A program made the translations under genes and the position numbers. Positions 51,888-64,000 of a stretch of 64,000 bases of DNA are shown one piece after another. The notes beneath the pieces were generated by a model, which ran no database searches, had not been told where the DNA came from, and worked only from the letters and a program-made list of their open reading frames with translations. The stretch lies in NCBI RefSeq assembly GCF_004010195.1, contig NC_057728.1, forward strand, positions 40,796,376 through 40,860,375, given 5' to 3'. The DNA is from Chiloscyllium plagiosum (lineage: Eukaryota). Numbering within the stretch: position 1 is the first letter of the stretch; the number at the start of each line of letters is the position of its first letter.

Positions 51888-53864
51888 TTCATTACCTTGA
51901 GTAAGGTTACTGCTAACAGGTTTAAGTTGAGCTGTTTCAACTGCAACAAGATGATTTTCTGATAATTCCTCCTGCAGGAGACATATGCATTGCCTTCAGT
52001 TGGCAGGCAGCATACAGAAGTAGGAAGCTGTCAAAACATTTAAGGGATGTTTGTTATGGTTGTGTTACGAACTGAGTGTGTAATGAAGCAGGCAGGCCTG
52101 AAATCCTGATTAGCTGAATTGAAATCCACTGAAATGGGCCTTGTGTTAGCAGAAACATAGATCTTATCCCAAGTTCAGGAAACAAACTTGTCTGCATTCA
52201 CATCCAGGCACATTCCAATGCAATCGGAAAATATCAGAGCACAACACTGTTGCTTCAGTGAGGTAGTCAGAGATTGTTCTCAGGTGGAGCAAGCAAGGTT
52301 TCATATACCCCCTTCCCTGTCCCTATCATGACCTGTCAGATCTCCTTCTCTTCTGATCACTTACTGTAATACCAGGGACTATTGTTTCTGGCCACACACA
52401 GTCTCCTGCCCCACACGTTCAATGTACACCTATTATTGCTTCCAACCTCGTGGCATTCTAACAAGCCTCGTATTAAAAGTGATTAAATTTAGACTTGTCA
52501 ATGCTTCTGAACAGGCTGCCTGCTTGCTAGCTATATTCCTGCCCAAGACATACAATCAAATCTCTTATTTAAGGTTTAAAACTGGCAAAGTAATCAGGTA
52601 TGCCATTATGGAAAGTGTGCAATTTTAATTTACAGATCAGGACAAGCCACTGGAAGGATTTGTTCTGCAACATTTCACAACTTGTGTGAGAGATTTTCTT
52701 GTTGTTGCTGTGTTAAATGCCCATTCTCACTCTTTCAAGTGAGCAACTTGTTCTTGTTCAGCATATTTTAACCTTATTTGGTCTTGAACTGTATTTATTG
52801 CCCTTAAGCAATCAGTCATATTCAATGATATGGAGTTGAAATTCCATTGGTTTTCCATAGCTATGTAGCAAAGATATTCCCTACTTTGTTATCTTGACTG
52901 TGAGCATTATGTATTGCTCTGAACAATACAAGTTGATTTATTTTGGAATACTGTAAACATATTGTAATGGAACCGGATGCTGTAAAAGCTTTCAATTCTT
53001 TTCATTTTGGTTTAGATATATGTATGTATATAATATATGCTTGCACACTGCAAATAATCTGTTCTTACTTTCATGAAAGCCAATGCCCCAGAGAAGGCTT
53101 AAAACAGGACTCACAATTGTAATATGTAAGGAGTTAATGCTTGAGTTAATGCCTGAAAGATGGGTCATTCCTATGAACTTTGAACCCAGAATGTTGAACA
53201 CTAACACGTTTCACTAACTTTTACATTTGCCAAATAGATTCCGTATGGTCTTTTCCTTATTCGTTTTTCTGAAGTATTCTGACTCAGTTTTATTGTTCCT
53301 CATTGAAAGGAAATAGTAGAGTATGGGCGTGGGTGAGTTTTCATTTCAAACATACATCAAATTGAGCTGTTGCGCTGGAGGAGTGATAGGGCCATCACTG
53401 AACAAACATTGACAGGCACTCAATGATCAGAAGGAAGCAGGAAACCTTTTGGCTACCCATTCAACTGAGCTGCAAGAATACCATAAAAATAGGGCAAGCA
53501 ATGTAAAGATAACTGTAAGATCATAAGAAATAAGAACAGCTGTATTTCATTCAAATCCTTGAAACTTCTTTGCCATTTATTAAGATTATGGTTGACTGGA
53601 TTGTAGCCTTAGTTCCATTTTCCTGCCTTCTTCCCCACAACCACTCTTTAATCTTTGACTCTGTAGATGGATTGATCATGGGTGAGATGGTGTATGCGAA
53701 GCCAAGGACAGCAGTCATTCAACAACAAAATAAATTACCAAGAAAGTCATGTCATAATGTCTTCCAAGCATTCTTCAGTAGCCTAATTTGGTAGCCCTTT
53801 CTTCCATTCTGTACCACTACAGATTTTATTTTGTTCACACTCACTGAGAGTTCATTTAAAAAGC

Positions 53865-54069
53865 TTTAAAAAATCACACAACACCAGGTTATAGTCCAAC
53901 AGGTTTAATTGAAAGCACTAGCTTTCGGAGCGCCGCTCCTTCATCAGGTGGTTGTGGAAAAGAGCGGCGCTCCAAAAGCGAGTGCTTCCAATTAAACCTG
54001 TTGGACTATAACCTGGTGTTGTGTGATTTTTAACTTTGTACACCCCAGTCCAACACCAGCGTCTCCAAA
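53865..54069. mobile_element. Penelope-like family C fold-back, 13-bp TSD
   Basis: TSD TCATTTAAAAAGC at 53852-53864 and 54070-54082; near-perfect palindrome. Confidence 0.85.
53916..53950 (-). ncRNA. Minimal type I hammerhead ribozyme motif
   Basis: CAC-CUGAUGA-A-GGAGC-GGC-GCUCC-GAAA-GC-UA-GUG: full catalytic core, helix II, 3-bp helix I, palindromic helix III. Activity not shown. Confidence 0.75.
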
Positions 54070-55522
54070 TCATTTAAAAAGCATCAGTTTCCTAGAAGTC
54101 ATAGAAGCATACAATAAAGGAATAGTCAGTTTGTCCTGCCATACCAATATTTGTTCTTTCAATGATCCATCTAATTAAACCCATTCCTCTGCCCTTCGCC
54201 CATAGTCCTGTGAAGTCCCCTTTCCAAGTACATGTCAAATAGGTCGTAGAACATTAATTTCTGCTGGGTTCAGAAATCCATGACCATTCTAAAAATCACA
54301 AACGGTGGTAAGCTGATGGCATTTTTATTTTCTCCCATTTTCATTGCATTCATGCTAAAAATAGGTTAACAGTGAGATGCAAATTGCATGTGTGGCTTAT
54401 GAGAAAAAAAATCAGTATGTCTTCTGAATATTGTTTCCTCAATTTCATTCCAGTACTGAATCCATTATGAAAATATAATTGACATCTTCTTCATAATAGT
54501 AAACAATTTAGGAAGGCTTAAATTTGGAAATGAACTTTTTTTAAAAGAAAGCAATTGCTATACATCTTTATGGTTTCCATAATGGTTTCACAAGAGAGTA
54601 TTAACCTTCCTAGCGATATTACTTCTGCAATGTTAGTATATTGCCAGGTACATCTATCTGCCAAATTATCCACAATAAAACAGTTATCATCCAAGAACAA
54701 AATTCATAAGCATGAATAAACCATGGGAACTGTATTATCATGACATAAATCTTATTTACCTATCATATTTATATTCAAATGATATTCAGCATTCAACCAG
54801 AAACATGTATAAAATTGTGTACTGCAACTTACCAGACAAGTATCTATATTTTTCTAGACAAAGTATGACTTCAGTTCGAGAGCTTTTTAAATTTATTTGG
54901 CAAGTATAAATTATTTTTCATATTAGAATGTCCTTGCATACAACTATAATGAGTTCATGGGAAAAAAATATACCAGGACTGGCAGCTAAAAGGAGCACAT
55001 TTTACATAAGAATTATATTATTCATATAGTTGCTGAGATATTTTGTACACATCTAGTAAATTGTTCTAGTTGTAACACTTCATCCAAATATATCAACTGA
55101 ACTACCTCCAAAGGGCTGAATTTTACTGCAGAAATGTGTGGGTTCAGGAGTGGGGATGCAGGGAAATTGACAACATTTTGGAAAGCTGTCTCCAATCTAT
55201 CAACTTCCATATTTAACTGTAGATAAATTGTCTATTTCAATGTTGTTCACTCAATTACTGGGATATCAAGATGGTTTTTGCAATTAAATTGTGGGTTTCC
55301 TGGGTTACCTTGATCTCATGAGTGGAAACAACAAAAATTGCTGGAAAAGCTCAACAGGTCTGGCAGCATCTGTGGACAGAAATCAGAGTTTAATATTTTG
55401 AGTCAAATAAACTGACAATGTAGCAATAAGTACAGTAGATCACCCTAAAATAGTTAAGTAATCTGTTACCTGTGAATATTACTGAGGTCTAATAAACTGC
55501 AAAAAACTGAAAGAACTGCAGA

Positions 55523-56180
55523 TAGAGTCACAGAGTTGTACAGAACAGAAGCAGACCCTTATGTCCAACTCATCCATGCCAACCACATATCCGAAATTAA
55601 TCAATTCCATTTGCAGGCATTTGGCCCATATCCCTCTAAACCATTCCTATTCATGTACTCATCAAGATGACTTTTAATTGTACCAGACTCCACCACTACC
55701 TCTGGCAATTTGTTCCATACGTGCACCATGCTGAGTGAAGAAGTTGTCCCTTAGATCCCTTTTATATCTTTCTCCTCTCACCCTAAACCAATGCCCTCTA
55801 ATGTAGAACTCCTCTCCAATGCGAAAAACACCTTGGCTGTTCATCCTATCTATGCACCGCATGATTTTATAAACCTCTGTAAGGTCACCCCTCAACCTCA
55901 TGAAACTCGAGGGAAAATAGCACAAGCCTATTCAGCCTCTCCTTGTAGCTCAAACCCTCCAACCCCGGCAACATCTTTGTAAATCTTTTTGCACTCTTTC
56001 AAGTTTTACAGCATCTTTCCTATAACAGAGAGACCAGAATTATTGAACACAGTATTCCAAAAGTGGCCCAACCAATGTCCTGTACTGATGCAATATGACC
56101 TCACAATTCCTATACTCAGTGCACTAACCAATAAAAGCAAATGTACCAATTGCCTTCTTCACCACCCTGTCTATTTGATA
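55523..56180 (-). mobile_element. CR1 3' fragment
   Basis: RLRGDLTEVYKIMR and the CR1 3' UTR. Confidence 0.9.
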
Positions 56181-56699
56181 TAATAGTTACCAGCCTGATT
56201 TCCAATTTGAAGACCTGATCCATCAGATCTGCATGAATGTCATTATTGATTTATTAGTATTGGTAAGGATTATTTTAGCAGTAGCAAGGTTAACTAATAA
56301 ATAAAGAATTAGTAAAGCTCTTTACCCTCAAGAATATATGCTTCCTGGATAACCATTTGTGCAGGGAGAGCCATCTATTGCAGCACCTTGAGCTCCAGGT
56401 TTCATAACTGGCAGCTGGTGTTGTTGCAGCATCCATGAGGCTAAGAACTACATCAATTGCATGTCTCCAGATGTGGTCACTCTGCAGTTTAAGATTATGC
56501 AGGAAGAGAGGGAATGAGCAGTTGAAAAAGAATAGGTAGGTTGTACAGGAGATGCCCAAATGCATCACCCTCTCCATCCACAATTCAGTTCTGGATACTG
56601 ATGTTTCATCTGGTAAATGCTGCCAAAGCCAAGTCCATGACAACCTGAGTGTTCATCTGCCTAGGTAAAAGAAAGACTTGAAAACCCACTCTGATAGAT

Positions 56700-58130
56700 G
56701 ATTTGATTTTAAAAATGGAACAGATAGATGTTTCTGAAGTCACAGATGTGAATCCAGGAAGATATATTGCCTCTTTGGTCAGGAATGTCCCCGAGGGGCA
56801 AGGGTGAACAGCCAGCAGTTGTAGTCAGAACCAACAACATCGGTGGAAAATGGGATGTGACCCTGCAGACAGAACATAGGAAGCTGGATCAAAAACAAGC
56901 CAGTGGGACCTCGAAAGCAGTCATCTCTGAGTTACTCCCTCAGCTATGCACAAGAGAATACAGAAATTATTTCAAAAAGACACATTTGGTAAAAACTTTT
57001 GTATTGCATTCATCAGGACAATTCACAAGAACAATACAAATAAAAAGGAAATATATTTTTGATGAAAATGCTGGTTGATCAGCAAATAGACTCTAGCTGC
57101 TGTGGAGAGTGCAGCAGTTAATGATGATTGACTGTTAACTGACGGGCCTTATTTAGATTTCAAACCAGGCAGGTTGATTCTGAACAAGTGAATAGCTGTC
57201 CTTATGATTTGAACTAGGTGCAGTATGTGCACAACAGTTAATAGTGTTAGGGAATTCTATTGTAAAGAGAACATGCAGACATTTCTGTGAGCACAGGGAA
57301 GATTTTGGGATGGTATGTTGCCTCCCTATGCCAGACTCAAAAATGTCACTGTGAGGTTGTTGGGCATTCTGAAGAAGGAGCTAAGACAGCAGAGGTTATT
57401 GTCCATGTTCGTGTCAATGACATCCCAAAAAGGGATGAGGTCCTCAGGATGACACTCAACTTGTGCTGGCTTCCTGTCCACTTGATGTACTTATGTTCTG
57501 CCTGTGATGTTATCTGGAATGTTTTAAAAAATTGCCCTTCTAATGTAGCTTTTCAAATTCTGGCGTCGTTGAGGCTGAAAGTACAGAAAGTGAAAAGACT
57601 ATGCCACACCCTCTCTCAAACATGGAATATGAGAAGAGACTGATTTCCAAAATCTTCTCACAGGAATCAAAAAATAAAAGTGCGGTGAATGGAACAGCGG
57701 AGTTTATTAGAGACCTCTAAGGGATTTATACATGGAGGTAGTGGGCAGTACTAAATTAATATGTGGCATCTGCCTTTACCAATGAAGATGCCATCCAGAC
57801 CATGGCATAAAAGGAGGAACTCCTGTCACTAGAAGGGTTTAAAATTGATCAAGGCTGCCTGTCCTTAAACCTGACAAGGTACCGGGACCAGATGCAAGTG
57901 AGGGTGTCAGGGGAGGTAAAAACTAAAATTGCAGAGGCATCTATATAATATTTATATCATTTGCCTTGGACTCAGGAAAGTGTCAGAAGTCTGGAGAATT
58001 GCAAGCAATAATTCCCCCCATACCCACCCCCTCCTTGTTTAAAAAGGAATGTCAGGACAAGCCAGCTACTGTAGGCAGTCAGGTGGTTGGGAAACCTCAA
58101 GAAGCAATAATTAACAAGGGACAATCACGT
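56700..58130 (+). mobile_element. Highly decayed CR1-like ORF1/ORF2 remnants
   Basis: QPAVVVRTNNIG and VIVHVRVNDI (SGNH VHIGTNDI-like); DK.PGPD and LFKK.C.DKP. Confidence 0.55.
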
Positions 58131-58369
58131 GGACAACTGCTGGATAAATTAAATGGTGACTGCCTTTGCTTTAATTGATCATTTAATCATAAAACAAAAT
58201 GTGCATTGTGAGTGCCAACACTGGCACAATGTTTTATCTCCTGGTATAATAGGTAAAGGTGCAATGCCAGATACTGAAGCCAACAACATAGCTTTGCCCC
58301 AAATTCCTTCTGTATTTCAGTTTTTATATATGCACTATGTATATTTTTGGAACTGTTTAGATATTTTCT

Positions 58370-58457
58370 AATGTTACACATCTCTGAAGCAGGTGGGACT
58401 TGAACTCTGGCTCTCCTGGTACAGAAGTGGGATATTACCACTACACCACAAGAGCCC
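58370..58457 (-). mobile_element. tRNA-derived SINE head
   Basis: GGGCTCTTGTGGTGTAGTGG (A box)...GAGTTCAAGTCCCACC (B box); does not form a full cloverleaf. Confidence 0.75.
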
Positions 58458-58465
58458 TGTTATTA

Positions 58466-58853
58466 TTATTTTTTTCACTTTTTTTTTTCCCTCTGACACT
58501 CCTGTATATTTTTTTCTTTTTTTTCCCCCATACTACCACCTAACTGCGGTAGTACTTATTTTTCCTCCGCACTCATGTTGTGTGTGTGCGCTCAAAGCTG
58601 GTTCTGAGAGTGAGCAGAACCTCTGACACTCCTGTATATTTTTTTCTTTTTTTTCCCCCACACTACCACCTAACTGCGGTAGTACTTATTTTTCCCCCGC
58701 ACTCATGTTGTGTGTGTGCAGGTGTGGGACACAGTGAGAGACACACAGTGCACGAATCTTTATTCGATTTCCACCACCAGAAAGGAAAGAAAACACCCAT
58801 GTGGCCAGGGACAAGCAGTGTCCTTCACATCAAAGGGCAATGTTGTGTGATCA
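58466..58853 (-). mobile_element. Poly(A)-type retroposon (same family as 19414-19675) with duplicated 3' end and carried LTR sequence
   Basis: 16-bp TSD AAGAGCCCTGTTATTA at 58450-58465 and 58854-58869; direct repeat 58491-58589 / 58621-58719. Confidence 0.85.
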
Positions 58854-60179
58854 AAGAGCCCTGTTATTAACTGTTTATAAATTGGGTGTTAATTGTATTC
58901 AATTAACCAGTTACAATTAACCAGGAATTTACTTGGAGATGCATGTTTATAATGTACAACTTTGTATAAATGCTGCATTGTTTTTAACCTTCCATGCCCA
59001 GCCATTTTGATTGTAACAAGTATCAGGCCTGAATTCTGTGCTCGTAGTGATGGCAAAAACTGTCAGTATTTTCTGCCATTGCTGTGCTGAAACTGATAAT
59101 TTCTAGACTGTAGACGTATGCTGAATAAGGCAGATAACGCAAAGGCACAGTCATTGAGACTTTGCTATTCCATAAAGGTTCCCAGAGACTGAAATCTCCA
59201 TTGCATTCTTGAATTTGTGAGAACCTCTTCTTTCACACTGTTAATTTTGATAATGTCACATCTTGGTATAATTAGGTTTTTAAAAGTGAATTAATTTCAC
59301 AAATACTGTTAAACACTTCCAAGCTTGGAAAAGGTGACTTCATAACTTGAGCATCAAACTTCTTTGCATGATAAAAATAATTCCTAAGGACAACATATAC
59401 ACCACTAACCTGGGTGGTGACCAGGACCAGGCTGCCAGGGTCTGTAGTGTGGCCTCCTCTGCCAGTCATCTAGGAAGAGGACTTCTCACCTCTGGCCTAC
59501 CCAGCCCACCAGGAGCTCCAACTCCCTGTCGGACAATCACAGAGCTATTTTCCACTTCTCAGACATCTTTAGGAACTCAGTCCTTCAACAAGCAAGACAG
59601 CTTTACAATGCCAGTGCTCATCTGGGTGCACAGTGGCTTTTTAAAGATGCCACAGGCACCAAAATATCAATAGATATCCAGTGAATGGCAAGTCCTTTCA
59701 GGAACTCCTGGTGGTGGGATAGGGCTAGAAATGGGTGAGAGGGCTGCCTCATCCTCACTATTTTCTAATATAGTTGTATTGTTTTTGTTCTTTAATTATT
59801 TTTCCCTCCACCCCATTTCCTAATGTGTAAAACTGATGATATTGGGGCGTAGGTCCACAGGGGTCAATATTTCATTCATTTGGTCATTTTTCATGTGGAA
59901 GCCGAGAAAGTGAAAGCAGCAAAATCAGAGTAAATTCTGATCCTGTCTTCTTCCTGTGTTGTTGGTTGTATACTTTCCAAAGGGTTCACAGGATAGTGAT
60001 AAAGGAGAGGGACAGTGGCTGAGTTAATTCTAACCTAGTCAAGAATTCTGAGTGTTTTGGATAGAAATACAATATCAATGTGTGTCCTAGCTTACTGTCA
60101 TCACATATAAAACACTGACTGGAGCATCCATCACTAAAAGATTGTACAGGCAGCATGGTATTGGGTTGAACACGAAGCA

Positions 60180-62540
60180 TGGCAGCAGAAGTGGAGCTGA
60201 GATTGAATATTAAAGAGTTACGCTAAAAGAGAATCACAAAGAAGTTCAGATATGCAAAAGCTGCGAAAAGAAGCGACTGGACAATACTGAAAAGCAATAA
60301 AGAAGCAAGCCACAACTGAAATACTGAACTGGACATAAGGGTTACAACTTTTGGCATTTCAGCACTGGTTGAAATGAAAGAGAACTGTTAGGTTTTCCAC
60401 TCACAAATATGCAAATTTACAAATTAGTGACATATCTACTGAAGCTAAGCTACGGTGGTTACGAATAGTGAACTTACATAATTGTTGGAGAGAGATTGTT
60501 TCAATCTCTCTCAAGAAAAGAGAAATTTTGAAAGCCTTGAAGACAAGCTTCTAACACCAAGTGAATACAATATAACTTATGAACATTTTCAAAATTCGGA
60601 CCATGGATCCATGGATCAATAGGCGACTGCATTAACACAGCTCACAGAATCCTGTGAATTTGCACAACTAAAGACTATCTGATTAAAGACCATATTCTAT
60701 CAGGCAATAAGCGATCAGACAATAAGAGCGTTTCTTTTAAGAAAGGGAAACACACTCTCAGGAAAGCAATCAATACGTGTAGGATGCTGACTTTGTCAAT
60801 CAGCAAGTAGAGCATATTTATGGCAGAACAGACCAGGCTTTGCTAAATCACATTCCAGACCAAAGGGAAAGAATGATCATGGAAAAGGGTGGGATGCAAA
60901 TACTCCAATGGACATCACACAAAAGAAGGTATACCTCACGTGGGAAGATCAGAGTTCTGAATCAGTTTCCACACATACAAGCAAATGAAACAGATGTTCA
61001 TTGCTAATATGCTATTGAGAGAGCGCAGCATGAGAGAGACTGTTACAACAGAGTGTAAAATCATCCAGGTCCAATTAAAAGCAATGGCTCAATATGCTCT
61101 GGAAATCATTGAATTATCTTGCTCAAATCAAACAAATTACCCAATAAGGTGCAAGTCTCCGATTGCTGCAAGAAATAATGATGGCCTGCAAGCATCAAGA
61201 ACACTCCTGTAGTCATAGAATCATAATGGATGTGCAGAGATTAAATGATAGCTCAAGATTGTGCAAAGGAAACAGGGTCAGAATCCCAAAGGATATGAAA
61301 GTTGAAATATAAAAGTGCATCAAGGAATTGGTTCAAGTCTGAGAAAAGCAAGAGATATACTCTACCAGCCAAACATTAGCAACAAAATCAAAGATCACAT
61401 CAACTAGGGCAGTGTTTGTAATGAATACCAAGCTAAGCAAGTCAGAGAGTCAATGATGAGGCAGACCAGGAATGAAAGTGGAAATAAACTGCTTCACTCT
61501 TATAGGAACTGATTATCTTGCCACCATAGACTACTATTCTAACTGCTGGGAGATAGACCAGTGGACTTCAATGACTACCAGTGAAATTGTAGAATGTGGA
61601 GAGAACTTCAGCTGTTCCTACTTGCCTGACTTTGTGATGAGTGACATTGGCTCTCAGTCCATGAGTGATGAATTCAGCTGCTTCAGAAAAGATTGGGAAA
61701 TTCAACATCATACATCTCCATACAATCCCCAGGCAATGAAAATCATCAAAAGAATGATAAAGAAATCAAACTAACCCAACACAGATTCATAAAATGCAGT
61801 CTTCAAGTGGAGAAACACATCCACAGAAGACATGGAAAGCAGTCCAATACAACACTAATGTCACACCATGCCCAAGCTACTCTTCCAATAGCAAAAAGCC
61901 ACTGAAACCAGAAGTCATAGCAGGGATGAATGACAATATAAAGGTAAAATGACAGAAAGTAAAATTTCATTACCAAATTCCCATTTCCAGAGTTGAGCAT
62001 TGAAGAGTCAGTCAAAGTGCAAACCTTTAATGGTCTCAGCAAAAGTCAGTCCAAATAGCAACTAGCCCCTATGTACAGCACCTGCCACCTTATTTGTTTG
62101 TGGTGGAAATGATGACCAGAAATAACATTACAACCATAAGTACATACAGACAATGGGAAAGGCTGCAGGTGGTTGAACAGGAAAGTGTGAACTCACAGTT
62201 TGCACAGAGCATAGATAACTATCAGTTGAGGTCCACAGCATCTCAACAATCAAAATGGAACAACAGATACCACAACAATGCAAATGACATGGGAACGACC
62301 AGGGAAAGAACATCACTCAGCTGAACAGCCAATAACAATGTAAATGTGTATTATTAAGAGACGGGTACAATTTAAAGACCATGGGTAGGGGTCTGAGTGA
62401 CATGAGCCACGGCGTGTTTATCGCAGAATCAGATGAGAAGTCCAATGAAGCTGATCTTGACGTCAAGAGCAATTTGTAACAGCTTTTATGCTTTTTCACA
62501 AGCAGTGAGGCAAGTTACTCACTCAGTAATTAAGGGGGAT
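60180..62540 (+). mobile_element. Decayed, internally deleted Gypsy element (gag and integrase)
   Basis: gag-like LTQLTESCEF; integrase HQGIGSSLRKARDILY..C and YLATIDYYSN..VMSDIGSQ..EF..F.KDWEIQHHTSPYNPQ; PPT-like AAGGGGGA followed by TTGT at ~62532-62543; no RT/RNase H motifs seen. Confidence 0.8.
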
Positions 62541-63619
62541 TGTAACTCATAGAACACCTTGTTGACAGCTTAACTTGCCTCATTAATATTCAGCTTCCTA
62601 TCTTAACAAACTCAGAAAGGAAGCTCAGCATTCAATATGGAAACCAAAGCAGATACTTGGTGAATTCAGCTCACTGATTGCTCCAAAGGATCTCCATATT
62701 GGACACCAAGCGTCAACATCTCATGGCACGATCCATAGGTACCAGCTACATGCATCCCACATCCATGAGCATTGGCATCCAATATGTGCCAGCCCCTACA
62801 AATTCTCATGATATATCTCCAATCCACATAGAGTATGCTTCTGCACTTCAATGCAGCACCTTGGGCTATAGCAGCAACTGTCATTGTAATGCTGCAACAA
62901 GGACACTTAGCTCAGGGACATACACCCAGCTGATGGACTGGATCATGTTACATCTCCAGGATCTAGACTCCTATCATAGTGCTCACTTTCAAAGTGAACC
63001 TGGATGCTCTCAGAATTCTTGCCTTGCATTACCTTATCTTTTTCTGTTTCGCCCCCTCAAACCAGAGATAAAGGCTCATATTACCTTTGTCTTGCCTTGC
63101 CATTTAGCACAGACACAAAGAAAAGAAGCTTGTCATGGTTGTCAGCAGTCTTCAGTCAAGTCACCCAGAATGCAAGGAGTCTCAGCACTGTAAGTCAAGG
63201 TCAGCCTCTGATACTAGTCCAAAAGCTTGGAAACATTCAGCTACTTGGGCTGGTCAGAATCAGGATGCTTTCCACATCAGTGGTGAGGACCCAAATGTCA
63301 GGCAACCCACCGCCCTTCCTTACTCATTCTGGCTTGCTGGAGTTTTATTGCCTTTGGAATGAGAGAAAGGCAGATATTAAAGTCAAACAAAATGGGTAGC
63401 GCAACTGTTACTTTTAGCACAGGTTGAAAGGTGTTCAAAGCCAGAGATTGAGCTGTACTAAGGGTTGGTGGTGTCAGGTGTTGGGATGGACAACAACATG
63501 CAAAAGAAGATGTCACAGGCATTCGTGAAAGTGGTAGAGCATGAGCCTTGATGGGAGATGAGTATGGCAGCTGTTAATATAGTAAATAGCATGTGAATTG
63601 GAGAGAATGTATGGTAGGA

Positions 63620-63830
63620 CTTATGCTGGTGAAGTTAGAAGATCATTGACCTTCTTCCAATGGTGCTTATGTATTCATCCAGATGGTTAAGACAGCTTCA
63701 AATTACTGGGTTACCTCAGATAGGTTGACATGGTATGGTGTTGTGGTTTCCACTGCTTGTCCTGGCAGAAGAGGAGGTCCCATCTAGCAATACTTCCAGA
63801 TCCTTGCTCACAATTTCCCCCCTCTCTGTA
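63620..63830 (-). mobile_element. Harbinger-associated Myb/SANT-like ORF remnant
   Basis: RWDLLFCQD...HHWKKVNDLL resembles the SANT-like QCRKK.NDL helix of Harbinger DNA-binding proteins. Confidence 0.45.
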
Positions 63831-64000
63831 ATGTCTGGGACAAATGTCAGGAATTGTGCAGGGCAGCTGCAGATTGACAGTGCTTGGCATTGGTATAATT
63901 GATGCCAGTGAATCCTGGCATATCTGCTGAGTTTTTATGGGAACAGCACATGGTAATGTGACACCATAATTAGACATGATGAATGCTATAGGATCAGATT

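Noticed and set aside
58370..58457. tRNA gene
   Set aside because: A and B boxes only, no complete cloverleaf; it is a SINE head. The same applies to 29002 and 40845.
58491..58719. Repeat-spacer-repeat resembling a CRISPR unit
   Set aside because: Eukaryotic context, ~99-bp repeats with poly(A), only two copies, no cas genes; explained by retroposition.

Overview
AT-rich, repeat-dense vertebrate DNA, most likely from a cartilaginous fish (shark-type HE1/V-SINEs, CR1 LINEs and Penelope-like repeats). The only host gene I can support is the 5' part of CAND1 on the minus strand: coding exons 1-4 (68, 144, 155, 124 nt, all GT-AG), with a CpG-island promoter at about 16.0-16.8 kb. The gene runs off the left edge. 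The ~47 kb upstream is intergenic and holds a near full-length CR1, many CR1 fragments, Gypsy remnants, Harbinger remnants, SINEs and many Penelope-like fold-back elements with 12-14 bp TSDs. Best leads: (1) a poly(A) retroposon family whose 3' junctions fall at the TATA-box region of a Gypsy LTR family, with transduction of LTR sequence; (2) a possible decayed parvovirus-capsid-like relic split by a CR1 insertion; (3) four repeat families carrying minimal hammerhead ribozyme cores; (4) a 28S rRNA-derived fragment in a CAND1 intron; (5) several local inverted template-capture events. All family assignments are from motif recognition by eye; no searches were run.
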